From assembly GCA_043822685.1 (NCBI GenBank), contig JBDRBL010000003.1:4659-68658 (forward strand): 64,000 nt of DNA. The letters run 5' to 3'. The notes beneath the pieces are model-generated. The model was given only the letters and a program-made list of their open reading frames with translations. It was not told the DNA's origin and searched no databases. Source of the DNA: Candidatus Shapirobacteria bacterium (GTDB lineage: Bacteria > Patescibacteriota > Microgenomatia > PFEM01 > JBDRBL01). Every line of letters starts with the position of its first letter. Position 1 is the first letter of the stretch. This document shows positions 29,405-38,805 of this stretch, piece by piece. The position numbers were made by a program, and so were the translations under genes.

Positions 29405-29986
29405 ATGCAAGAAGCTAGCAATAAAGAGCCTGTCAACAGTAATTTAGGCGATATTTTACAAAGGTCGCGTGGCGAGACCGATGCTGCTTTGAATGCAAAG
29501 GAGGTAGCAGAACAAGCTGAGCGAGATAGACAATCGGCAATTGATCAAGCATTGAGAAATATGGTTAGCAATAAGGACTTATTAAAATTTCTCAAGGCAA
29601 GAGATAAAGCGGTTACCTTGGTAGAGGGTAAACAGAAAACAGTTAATGCAGGAAAACCACTTGTAGAAATTACTGGTAATGGAAGAATAATAATTTCCCA
29701 CAGGAATTGGAAGGACGGAAGTGTCAGGGCAACTGATAGTTATGGGCTTGTCGATGTCAACGACCCAAATAGTAGAGTAAACTCTGACCAAATGGAGTAT
29801 CTTAATAGATTTGTTGTGGATGGAAAAGCGTTTATATTAAAATCTACAAGCAGTGCAATTAGTCCTAAAGTAGGTGATTTCCTTGCAGCAACCTATTTAG
29901 GTAATGATGTTTTGGGAACAAATATAACTGCAGACCATATAAGCCGATCGCTGACAGCAGGGGTTACAGAGCTCGCTAATAAGTAA
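29405..29986 (+). CDS. orphan protein (193 aa)
   Basis: AGGAGGTG SD, TGGTATACT promoter at 29352-29360, A-rich codon usage unlike its neighbours. Confidence 0.7.
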   Translation: MQEASNKEPVNSNLGDILQRSRGETDAALNAKEVAEQAERDRQSAIDQALRNMVSNKDLLKFLKARDKAVTLVEGKQKTVNAGKPLVEITGNGRIIISHRNWKDGSVRATDSYGLVDVNDPNSRVNSDQMEYLNRFVVDGKAFILKSTSSAISPKVGDFLAATYLGNDVLGTNITADHISRSLTAGVTELANK

Positions 29987-30166
29987 GTGAAATTATTAAA
30001 ACTCGGCGGAGCCGAGCAAAAATCGCGCGCGAAACATAAGCGAGGCCGAAGGCCCCTCCAGAGGCGGGCAGGCGAGCGTGAAGATGGCGCGGCGAGTGGG
30101 CGGCGGCACTCGCCGCGCTACCTTTGAAACTCAGTTCGAATTTTTTCGTAAAGAGTCCACTCCGTT

Positions 30167-31036
30167 TTACAACTCTTCCAATTTGACGTTTTCTTTGACC
30201 TTGTTCTCCACCAGTTTTAAGTATTTTTCGGTGGTGGAAAGCCTTTTGTGGCCAACCAGTTGCTGCAAAGTTACCACTGGGGCTCCGGCCGCCAACTGGT
30301 GAGCAATAAAAGTGTGCCGCAAGTCATTAACCGTGGCATTTTTGACTTCTGCGATTCGGAAGTAGCGATCAATGGCGGCTCTGATATTGCGCACCAGCAA
30401 TTGTTTGCCGGTTTTGGTTACAAAGATACTCTGACACTTTGCCATCGACCGATGGTTTAAGTATTTTTCCAGCGCTTTTTTGACTGAATCGTTTAATGGG
30501 ACGAGCCTTTCTTGGTGTCCTTCAAACGGCCGAACTCTCAAGCGATTTTCTTGCACATCAGCCAATTCCAGCCTCGCCAGCTCACTGATTCGTAAACCTG
30601 TTTGCAGTAAAATTTCAATTACGGCGGCTATTCGGACATCTCCTCGTGCCGCATCTCGTAAGGCTCGATATTCCATTTTGGATAACACTCTGGGTGCTTT
30701 TGATTCATAGCGCGGATAGGCCACCGTCTGGGTTGGATTTTCGCGAATTACTCCTTGTTGGGTTAAAAATCGAAAAAAAGTTTTGATTGAATTTAACTTT
30801 CGAGAAATTGATTTGGCAATGTATTTCTTTTGCGTGAGATCTTTTTTAAACTCTTCGATTGTTGCCGCGGTTACCTGGTCGACCTTGTCGATTTCTTTAG
30901 CCGCCAGAAATTTATTCAACTGCTCAACATCTTTTCCGTATGCTAAAATAGTTGCTGAAGCGCGGCCCTGTTTTTTTAGTTCGCTAACAAAGTTATTTTG
31001 GGCAACTATTAATAATACTTTCTCGTTTTCGTTCAT
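30167..31036 (-). CDS. XerC/D-like tyrosine recombinase
   Basis: TGLRISE, LRHTF, VGHKRLSTTEKY, N-terminal SAM-like domain. Confidence 0.9.
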   Translation of the reverse strand: MNENEKVLLIVAQNNFVSELKKQGRASATILAYGKDVEQLNKFLAAKEIDKVDQVTAATIEEFKKDLTQKKYIAKSISRKLNSIKTFFRFLTQQGVIRENPTQTVAYPRYESKAPRVLSKMEYRALRDAARGDVRIAAVIEILLQTGLRISELARLELADVQENRLRVRPFEGHQERLVPLNDSVKKALEKYLNHRSMAKCQSIFVTKTGKQLLVRNIRAAIDRYFRIAEVKNATVNDLRHTFIAHQLAAGAPVVTLQQLVGHKRLSTTEKYLKLVENKVKENVKLEEL

Positions 31037-31095
31037 GAAGTTGCAAGCAGTTGGCCCATAATAACACCGAGAGGGTTGGCTGTCAATTGGAAAAA

Positions 31096-31434
31096 ATGAA
31101 GCGTTTGATCAAATATATTATTTTTTTTGGCGGTATTGTCGTAATTATTGGCTTGTCAAAAGATATTCTGCGCTTGCTTAAAGTGGGAGACGAAGTTAAA
31201 ATTGCCGAGCAAAAAGTTTTTGACTTAAAGCAAAAAAATCAGGAACTCAAAGCGCAACTGGACTACTACCAGTCTGATGAGTTTGTGGAAAAAGAAGCTC
31301 GCAATAAGCTCAACTTGGTTCGTCCGGGTGAAACGATTATTGTTTTACCTCTTGATTACGGCGGAAAAGCCTCTTCCTTTGAACATCCTGACCCGCCCAA
31401 TTATCTCAAATGGTGGCGATTGTTTTTTGAGTAG
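31096..31434 (+). CDS. septum formation initiator (FtsB/DivIC)
   Basis: TM helix, coiled coil, EKEARNKLNLVRPGE. Confidence 0.85.
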   Translation: MKRLIKYIIFFGGIVVIIGLSKDILRLLKVGDEVKIAEQKVFDLKQKNQELKAQLDYYQSDEFVEKEARNKLNLVRPGETIIVLPLDYGGKASSFEHPDPPNYLKWWRLFFE

Positions 31435-31505
31435 CAGGGGAGGGAATCGAACCCTCGACCTCGGCGTTATGAATGCCGCGCTCTTACCAACTGAGCTACC
31501 CTGCC
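31432..31505 (-). tRNA. tRNA-Met(CAU), elongator-like
   Basis: GGCAGGG...CCCTGCT-A acceptor, loop TTCATAA, TTCGATT; 3' end overlaps the divIC stop. Confidence 0.88.
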
Positions 31506-31579
31506 AAATTAGTCGTTAGTCAGAATCAAGGCTGATTATAGCAATAAAAAAATCCCGAAACAATTTCGAGGTGAATGTG

Positions 31580-31649
31580 TTGCGGGGCCGGGAGTCGCAC
31601 CCGGTCTGCGAGATTATGAGCCTCGCGTGCAACGGTACACTACCCCGCG
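31580..31649 (-). tRNA. initiator-like tRNA-fMet(CAU), non-canonical
   Basis: C1:A72 mismatch (CGCGGGG/CCCCGCA), loop CTCATAA. Confidence 0.8.
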
Positions 31650-31696
31650 CGTCAGTCTTTAGTCAGACAAGGGGATTATACCTTTTGACTGGGGAT

Positions 31697-31906
31697 TTGA
31701 CAAGAGCAGGGGAAGGGAGTTAAAATAAAGCAATTGAAAATTGAGTAAAAGCTTTGAGAGAGCGGGTTGGAGCTCTTGAATAGCTGTTGGGAGGAAATGC
31801 CCGGCCGGAAGCGAAACCGTACAAATCTCGCTGCGTGTGTCGTAAGCCAACGGAGCACGAAGGAAATAAATGATTTTCTTTGCGTCCCCGTTGAGGGGAT
31901 TTTTTT
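31697..31906 (+). promoter_or_regulatory. promoter and T-box-like leader
   Basis: TTGACA-18-TAAAAT, AGTA, AGAGA, GGTTGG, TGG codon, antiterminator/terminator overlap. Confidence 0.5.
31885..31906 (+). terminator. intrinsic terminator upstream of tRNA-Trp
   Basis: TCCCC-gttga-GGGGA-TTTTTTT. Confidence 0.7.
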
Positions 31907-31910
31907 GTGA

Positions 31911-31984
31911 GGGGGTGTGGTTAAGTGGTATAACACGGGTCTCCAAAACCTGTATCGGGAGTTCGATTCTCTCCACCCCCGCCA
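31911..31984 (+). tRNA. tRNA-Trp(CCA)
   Basis: GGGGGTG/CACCCCC acceptor, CTCCAAA loop, encoded 3' CCA. Confidence 0.93.
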
Positions 31985-31997
31985 AGAAAGGAAAAAA

Positions 31998-32999
31998 ATG
32001 ATTAAAATTAAAAAACGGATTCTTACCGGCGATACGCCGACGGGGAAATTGCATCTTGGTCATTATGTGGGCACGTTGGAAAATCGGGTTAAATTGCAAC
32101 ACGAGTACGAAACCTATATTTTATTGGCCAATGTTCACGCTTTTGACAATTTTTATAACGATCCTGAGCGGATCAATCGGGATGTTTATAATGTTTTTTT
32201 AGACAATTTGGCCGTGGGTATTGATCCCAATATTGCTACGATTTATTTGGAATCAGGGATCCCGGAAACCTACGAACTTTACAGTTTGTTTTTGGCCATG
32301 GTCAAGCATTCTGTAGTAATTCGCAACCCCTCGGTTAAGGACGAAATTAAATATAAAAAACTCGATCCCTCCATTGGTTTTGTCGTGTATCCCGTTTTAC
32401 AAGCGGCCGATATTTTGGGTTTTAATGCCGATCTAGTGCCGGTTGGGGAGGATCAGTTGCCCATTATTGAGCAAACTCGCGAAATTGCTCGCGCTTTTAA
32501 TCGGACTTTTGGGGAAACTTTTGTAGTGCCTCAAGCCAAGGTTGGTCGGGTAGCTCGACTGGTTGGCACTGACGGTCAAACCAAGATGAGCAAGGGTGGC
32601 GGCAACGCGATTCTTTTATCTGATGATGAAAAGACTTTAAAGCAGAAGATTATGGCCTGTTATACCGATCCCAACAGAATTCATGCTTCTGATCTGGGAA
32701 AAGTGGAAGGTAACCCTATTTTTGTTTATCATCAAGCCTTTAATCCCAATAAAGATGAAGTAGCCGATTTGGAGGCACGATATCGAACTGGCAAGGTTGG
32801 CGATGTTGAGGTCAAAGAAAAATTGTTTACTGCTCTAAATAATTTTCTCATGCCGATCAGAGAAAAAAGAAAATATTACGAAGACAGACCTCGCTTGGCC
32901 AAAGAAATTTTGGTTGAAGGAACCAAGCGCGCTCGGAAAGTTGTCCAAGCGACTTTGGAACGAGTCAGAGAGAAGACTCAAATAAACAAGCTTATTTAG
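31998..32999 (+). CDS. trpS: tryptophanyl-tRNA synthetase
   Basis: PTGKLHLGH, YPVLQAADI, VGEDQ, KMSK. Confidence 0.96.
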   Translation: MIKIKKRILTGDTPTGKLHLGHYVGTLENRVKLQHEYETYILLANVHAFDNFYNDPERINRDVYNVFLDNLAVGIDPNIATIYLESGIPETYELYSLFLAMVKHSVVIRNPSVKDEIKYKKLDPSIGFVVYPVLQAADILGFNADLVPVGEDQLPIIEQTREIARAFNRTFGETFVVPQAKVGRVARLVGTDGQTKMSKGGGNAILLSDDEKTLKQKIMACYTDPNRIHASDLGKVEGNPIFVYHQAFNPNKDEVADLEARYRTGKVGDVEVKEKLFTALNNFLMPIREKRKYYEDRPRLAKEILVEGTKRARKVVQATLERVREKTQINKLI

Positions 33000-33039
33000 A
33001 TTGGCAAAAAAGCCTTGTTTGTGCTAAAATGACTTCCTA

Positions 33040-34926
33040 ATGGCCAGGAAAAATCACCCTAAAATTAAGCCTAAAGTTCTCAAGAAGTTTGAATTTCGCC
33101 TGCGTTTTAATCTTAAAAACTTATTAACTTGGGGTTTGGTGGCTTTTTTAGTGCTTTCCTTTTTGGCCTCGGCTTCGAGCATGCCCTCGGCGCCAAAAAT
33201 TCCTCTGTCGCAGGCCCTGCAGGATATTAAGGATCAGAAGATCGAAAAGATTGAAGTCGAAGATGGCAGATTGAACCTAACTTATAAGGATGGTCAAACC
33301 TTGGTGGCCCAGAAGGAAACCGGCGTGGCTTTTACTGAAGTTCTTAAATCAGTGGAGATCTCGCCGGAGACGGTTAATTTTACGATTAAAGACATTGGCC
33401 TTTCTAAACTTTGGCTGGATTTGATCTCCAATGTTTTACCGATTATCTTGATGGTGCTATTTTTCTTTTTTATTTATCGTCAGGCACGGGGAGCGCAAGA
33501 TTCAATCTTTTCTTTTGGCCGCTCGCCGGCGCGGATGTTTATCCGCAACGGGAAACAACCCAAAATTACCTTTAAAGATGTCGCCGGAGTGGATGAGGCG
33601 AAAAAGGAGTTAACCGAAGTAGTCGATTTTTTGAAGAATACGGAGAAATACAAGAAGCTGGGCGCGCGCACTCCCAAAGGGGTTTTGTTGGTAGGTCCGT
33701 CGGGAACAGGTAAAACTTTGCTGGCCAAAGCGGTAGCGGGTGAGGCGAATGTACCCTTTTTTAGCATGGCCGGCTCGGAATTTATGGAGATGTTGGTGGG
33801 GGTTGGCGCCAGCAGGGTGCGCGATCTGTTTAATACCGCCAAAAAAGCCGCCCCTTCAATTATTTTTATTGATGAGATCGATGCGATTGGCCGTCAGCGG
33901 GCGACCGGTGTTTTTTCCGGTGGTCATGATGAGCGAGAGCAGACTCTTAACCAAATTTTGGTGTAGATGGATGGTTTTACCACTCAAGATAATGTCATGG
34001 TAGTGGCGGCTACCAATCGCGGCGATCTTTTGGATTCGGCTCTTTTGCGTCCCGGCCGCTTTGACCGACGGGTGGTTTTGGATTTGCCGGATGTTGAAGG
34101 CAGGCAGGCGATTTTGAAAATTCATGGTCAAGGGAAGGTTTTTGCTCAAGACATTAATTGGGGTTCAATCGCTAAACAAACAGTGGGTTTTTCCGGGGCG
34201 GATTTGGAAAACATGCTTAATGAGGCGGCTATTTTTGCGGCGGGGGCCAATAAAACGGCCATCGAGGAAAAAGATATTCGCGAGGCTTCGGTTAAGGTTA
34301 AACTGGGACCGGAACGCAAACGCCTGCAATCGGTTGATGATCGAAAAATGACGGCTTACCACGAGGCCGGTCATGCTCTAGTGAGTTTTTGTTCGCCGCA
34401 GACTGACCCGGTGCGCCGGGTTTCCATTGTGGCGCGGGGTATGAGTTTGGGGCACACCATGATGTCCCCAATCAAAGATCGGACCCATGAGACCAAGACT
34501 CGATTGGAAGAGCAGATTAGCGTGATGATGGGTGGCCGGGCTGCCGAGCAATTAATTTTCAAAGAGATGACTACCGGAGCGGCTAATGATATTGCGAGCG
34601 CAACGAAGTTGGCGCGGGCGATGGTGGTTAATTTTGGCATGAGTCATTTGGGACCGGTTTATTTGGGGTCACAGAGTGAAGAAGGGGAGATGGGCCGGAT
34701 GTTGTGGTATGAGCCGGCCAATCTTTCCCCACAAATGCAGGCTAAGATTGATGCAGAGATTAAAAAAATTACCGATACCGCTTATCGGCGCGCCGTGACG
34801 ATTTTAAAATCGCATCGAATACAAATGGATACTCTGGCCAAAGCCTTGTTGGAAAAAGAAACGCTGGAAGAAGAAGAGTTTGAGAAAATAATGAAAGTCG
34901 AGAATGAAGCGCTTGGTTCTCATTGA
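33040..34926 (+). CDS. ftsH: ATP-dependent zinc metalloprotease FtsH, interrupted by an in-frame TAG at 33964-33966
   Basis: [32 protein letters not shown]; both ORFs are in the same frame. Confidence 0.9.
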
Positions 34927-35803
34927 TGGCCATGCGATTTTGCATCGGGCTTATCATGCTTTTCCGCTGACCTTGACGACCAGAAAGGGCGAATTGGTCA
35001 ACGCTGTTTATGGTTTTACCCGGATTTTGCTTTCCGTAATTGAAGAATTGCGACCAGAGTATTTGGCGGTGACTTTTGATACCGGCAAACCCAATTTTCG
35101 CCACAAGGAGTTTGTCGGTTATCAGGTCCAGCGGCCGCATATGGATGAAGAATTAAAAGATCAGATCGCGCGCGTAATGCAAGTGGTGCAGTCCCTAAAT
35201 CTGCCGATTTTTTCACTGGAAGGTTTTGAGGCGGATGATGTGATTGGCACGCTGGCAAAACAGTCTAAAGTAGAGACGATTATCGTCACCGGAGATAAGG
35301 ATATTCTGCAACTGGTCAACAGCTCAACCCAAGTCTATATGCCCGGGCGGGGAAGTGGACCCGCGACGCTTTATGATGAGGAAAAAGTGAAAAATTTCTT
35401 GGGAGTTTTGCCGACACAAATCATTGACTACAAAGCCTTGGTGGGCGACTCCTCCGATAATTATCCCGGGGTGCATGGCATTGGTCCGAAGACCGCTACA
35501 AAACTTTTAAGTAGCTATCAAAATTTGGATAATATCTATACTCATTTAGATGATTTAGAGCCATTATTAAGGAAAAAATTAATCGAAGGAAAAGAGGCGG
35601 CCTACCTTTCGCAAAAGCTGGCGCGGATTGTGATCGACTCGCCGGTAACGCTTGATTTGCCAGCTTGTCGAGTGAGTGATTATGATCAAACCAAAGTAAC
35701 CCAGTTGTTTGAAGAATTGGAATTTAAGTCGCTTTTGAAAAAACTTCCTGGAGTTAAAGCGCAAGATGATAAAATTAAGAGCGAGCAAATCGGGCTATTT
35801 TGA
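34904..35803 (+). CDS. stand-alone 5'-3' exonuclease (PolA N-terminal/FEN domain)
   Basis: LIDGH, EADD, TGDKD, GDSSDN.PGV.GIGPKTA; no polymerase domain. Confidence 0.9.
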   Translation: MKRLVLIDGHAILHRAYHAFPLTLTTRKGELVNAVYGFTRILLSVIEELRPEYLAVTFDTGKPNFRHKEFVGYQVQRPHMDEELKDQIARVMQVVQSLNLPIFSLEGFEADDVIGTLAKQSKVETIIVTGDKDILQLVNSSTQVYMPGRGSGPATLYDEEKVKNFLGVLPTQIIDYKALVGDSSDNYPGVHGIGPKTATKLLSSYQNLDNIYTHLDDLEPLLRKKLIEGKEAAYLSQKLARIVIDSPVTLDLPACRVSDYDQTKVTQLFEELEFKSLLKKLPGVKAQDDKIKSEQIGLF

Positions 35804-36906
35804 AAATGAAAATTGCTTTGGTGCATGATTATCTCAAGGGTGAGGGCGGGGCGGAACAGGTGCTGTTGGCTTTGCACGAACTTTTTCCTCAAGCGCCGAT
35901 TTACACCCTGTTTGCCGATTTTAAAAGAGACGCTAATTTTGGGCAAAAATATGCGCGGGCGAAAATAGTCGAGAGCTGGTTTGCTTGTTTGCCTTTGCAC
36001 GCACGATTAATTTCGCCTCTGCGTTTTTTACTGCCGATGCTTTGGCGGAGCTTTAATTTTTCTTCTTATGACTTGGTGATTTCTTCGGCTTCCTGGGCGA
36101 TAACTAAAGGCTTTGCTCAAGGTAAAACCAAAGAAATCTGTTATTGCCACACGCCCCCACGGTCGCTGTATGGCTATGATACCTCGCGAGATTGGCGCAA
36201 AAATTGGTTAACCCGGACTTATGGCTTGATTGTCAACCATTTTTTGCGTTTGTATGATTTTGAGCAGGCGCAAAAAGTGACTCAATTTGTCGCTAATAGC
36301 CGCGAGGTACAAAAGAGAATTAAAAAATTTTATCGCCGCGAAAGCGTGATTATCTCTCCGCCAGTTGATGTTTTTAATATCAAGGGTAAAGTGCAAAACT
36401 ATTTCTTGACCGGCGGTCGATTGGAAAAACCGAAAAATTTTGACTTAATTATTAAAGCTTGCGACCGGTTGAAAGTAAATTTAAAAATTTACGGCGTTGG
36501 TCCGCAGGAAAAATATTTGCGGTCTTTGGCCGGACCAACTATTAAATTTGTGGGGGGAGTGAACGATCAGGAAAAAGCGCGACTGTATGCCGATTGCAGG
36601 GCTTACATTGTGGCGCAAAGAGACGAAGATTTTGGCATTACACCGGTGGAGGCGATGGCGGCGGGACGACCGGTGATTGCTTATCGGGGAGGGGGCTATC
36701 TGGAAACGGTGGTGGAGGGGGAGACGGGCGAGTTTTTCGACAAATTAACGGTTGAAAGTCTAGTGGAAACTCTTCGTCACTATGATGATACGAATCATCG
36801 TAGTATAAAACCGGAAGATTGCCGAGCACAGGCGGAAAAGTTTAGTAAAAAAAAGTTTAAAAAGGCGATCTTAGAATTGGTGGCTCACTATGCCCGAACT
36901 TCCTGA
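35800..36906 (+). CDS. GT4 family glycosyltransferase
   Basis: HDYL..GGAE, YCHTPPR, EDFGITPVEA. Confidence 0.92.
   Translation: MKMKIALVHDYLKGEGGAEQVLLALHELFPQAPIYTLFADFKRDANFGQKYARAKIVESWFACLPLHARLISPLRFLLPMLWRSFNFSSYDLVISSASWAITKGFAQGKTKEICYCHTPPRSLYGYDTSRDWRKNWLTRTYGLIVNHFLRLYDFEQAQKVTQFVANSREVQKRIKKFYRRESVIISPPVDVFNIKGKVQNYFLTGGRLEKPKNFDLIIKACDRLKVNLKIYGVGPQEKYLRSLAGPTIKFVGGVNDQEKARLYADCRAYIVAQRDEDFGITPVEAMAAGRPVIAYRGGGYLETVVEGETGEFFDKLTVESLVETLRHYDDTNHRSIKPEDCRAQAEKFSKKKFKKAILELVAHYARTS
36779..36804. repeat. 26-bp dispersed palindrome copy (in frame inside the GT4 gene)
   Basis: ACTATGATGATACGAATCATCGTAGT, read as HYDDTNHRS. Confidence 0.85.
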
Positions 36907-37687
36907 AGTAGAAACGATTAGATTACAACTGGATAAGGCGATTAGGGGTCGGCGAATTGTGGGGGTGGAAGTTTTGACTCCAAAAAGTTTTCTTGGTGAC
37001 CCTAAAAAAATAATCGGCAAAAAAGTTTTAGGTGTAGAGCGACGGGCAAAAATTACGTTGATCAGACTGAAAGACGGTTTTTGCTTAGCAATTCACCTAA
37101 AACTTACTGGTCAGCTAATTTTTGATGCTGATTTTGATCGGAAATATATTCGGGTAATAATTACTTTTGATAATGGAAAAAGGTTGTTTTTCAATGATTT
37201 GCGTATTTTTGGTTGGATTAAGATTGTTAAAAATAATTTGGATTTGGAAAAATTAGGGCCGGAGGCGATAGATGAGCAAACTTTTAATTTAAAATATTTT
37301 CAAGACGTTTTGGCCAAGACTAATCGAGCTATAAAGCTGGTAATTTTAGATCAAAAGATCTTGGCGGGTGTGGGCAATATTTATGCTAACGAAGCTTTGT
37401 TTGCGGCCAAAATTGATCCCCGTCGGCCAGCCAAAAGTCTTAAATTCGAAGAAATTAAATTTCTGCGGCAAGAAATTATAACAGTTTTACGCGAGGCAAT
37501 TACACACCACGGCACTTCCGACAAAGATGAGGCCTATCGCCAGCTGAATGGCCGAAAGGGCCAGTATCAGCGCTATCTACAAGTTTATGGGCGGACGGGT
37601 CAAGTCTGCCCCAAATGCGGCACGGTGATTAGAAGAATTAAAATTGGGGGACGAGGAACGTTTTTTTGCCAGAAATGTCAAATATAG
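36890..37687 (+). CDS. mutM: formamidopyrimidine-DNA glycosylase
   Basis: MPELPEVET, GVGNIYANE, CPKC...CQKCQ zinc finger. Confidence 0.96.
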   Translation: MPELPEVETIRLQLDKAIRGRRIVGVEVLTPKSFLGDPKKIIGKKVLGVERRAKITLIRLKDGFCLAIHLKLTGQLIFDADFDRKYIRVIITFDNGKRLFFNDLRIFGWIKIVKNNLDLEKLGPEAIDEQTFNLKYFQDVLAKTNRAIKLVILDQKILAGVGNIYANEALFAAKIDPRRPAKSLKFEEIKFLRQEIITVLREAITHHGTSDKDEAYRQLNGRKGQYQRYLQVYGRTGQVCPKCGTVIRRIKIGGRGTFFCQKCQI

Positions 37688-37704
37688 CCAATAGTTAACA
37701 GTTA

Positions 37705-38793
37705 ATGGTTTTAAAATCAACTACTCTTCAGGATTTTCGTAATTACACTCAAAAACAATTTGAGTTTGCTTTGGGTTTGAATTTGGTGGCTGGTCGTAAC
37801 GCGACGGGTAAGTCTAATCTTTTGGAGGCGCTTTATTTGCTGGCCACCGGCACTTCCCGTCGAGCAGATTTGGGGGAGGAGATGATTCGTTACAAACAAG
37901 ATTTGGCTCGGGTTAAAGGCCAAATCATCCCGTCTGAGTCCTCTGAGTTTTCTGAACTAGAAGTCATTTTGACCCGTGGCTTACTTTTGGGGGAAAAAGT
38001 CGCCAAGAAGAAGTTTTTAATCAACGGGGTAGCTAAGCGCCGTCTGGATTTTGTCGGCTCTTTCAAGGCCGTTTATTTTGGCCCGGAAAATTTGGCAATT
38101 ATTATCGATGGTCCATCGATTCGCCGCGATTATTTAGATTTGGTTTTGACGCAAACCGATCATGATTATACTCGGGCGCTGCTTTCTTATCACAAGGGCT
38201 TGCGTCAACGCAACCGCCTATTGGAACAAATTCGTGATCAGCACCGGCCACGGACCAGTTTATATTTTTGGGACCGTCTGCTCATCGAAAATGGCCGGAT
38301 TTTGACGGAAAAACGGGCCGAAATGGTAGATTTCGTTAATCAGAATTCAGAAAAATATGGCTATTTGTCACTACTTTATCAGCGCAATTTAATTTCGGTT
38401 GAACGGCTGACACAATACCAAGCGGCGGAAACAGCGGCCGCTAAAACCTTGATTGGACCACATCGGGATGATTTTGAAATCGGGACACGGGACATGAAGC
38501 ACGAAACCCACCAATTCGACGGGCAGGCACGAAATTTGCATTTGTACGGCTCGCGCGGGGAGCAGCGGACGGCGATTTTTTATTTGAAATTAGCCGAACT
38601 GGATTTTATTCGGCAAAAAACCGAGCAAACACCCGTTTTGCTTTTGGATGATATCTTTTCGGAGCTGGACCAGTCTCATCGGGAGTTGATTTTGCACTCT
38701 TTGCCCGATTTGCAAGTAGTTTTAACCACGACCGATGTGAATTTAGTTAAGGCCAAATATCAATCTCAAGCAAAAATAATTTCCCTGGGGTGA
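37705..38793 (+). CDS. recF: DNA replication/repair protein RecF
   Basis: FRNY, GRNATGKSN, GPHRDD, SRGEQR, LLLDDIFSELD. Confidence 0.95.
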   Translation: MVLKSTTLQDFRNYTQKQFEFALGLNLVAGRNATGKSNLLEALYLLATGTSRRADLGEEMIRYKQDLARVKGQIIPSESSEFSELEVILTRGLLLGEKVAKKKFLINGVAKRRLDFVGSFKAVYFGPENLAIIIDGPSIRRDYLDLVLTQTDHDYTRALLSYHKGLRQRNRLLEQIRDQHRPRTSLYFWDRLLIENGRILTEKRAEMVDFVNQNSEKYGYLSLLYQRNLISVERLTQYQAAETAAAKTLIGPHRDDFEIGTRDMKHETHQFDGQARNLHLYGSRGEQRTAIFYLKLAELDFIRQKTEQTPVLLLDDIFSELDQSHRELILHSLPDLQVVLTTTDVNLVKAKYQSQAKIISLG

Positions 38794-38805
38794 TAAAATC
38801 AAAAT

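Larger units (their letters stand above)
29061..30124. mobile_element. inverted-repeat-bounded cassette downstream of tRNA-Ile
   Basis: GC-rich ends: 29114-29165 is an imperfect reverse complement of 30001-30090; the cargo is AT-rich. Confidence 0.5.

Noticed and set aside
29061-31036. Classical integron (IntI + attC)
   Set aside because: No RYYYAAC/GTTRRRY ends on the hairpins, and the recombinase is Xer-sized without an evident IntI insertion
31797-31910. Trp leader peptide for ribosome-mediated attenuation
   Set aside because: The ORF MPGRKRN... has an SD but contains no Trp codons
31659-32102. Minus-strand ORFs over the leader and tRNA-Trp
   Set aside because: They are antisense to the tRNA and trpS and have no protein-like features
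33964-33966. Genome-wide TAG reassignment
   Set aside because: TAG terminates other genes at the expected ends (27944, 31434, 32999, 37687) and only one internal TAG was seen
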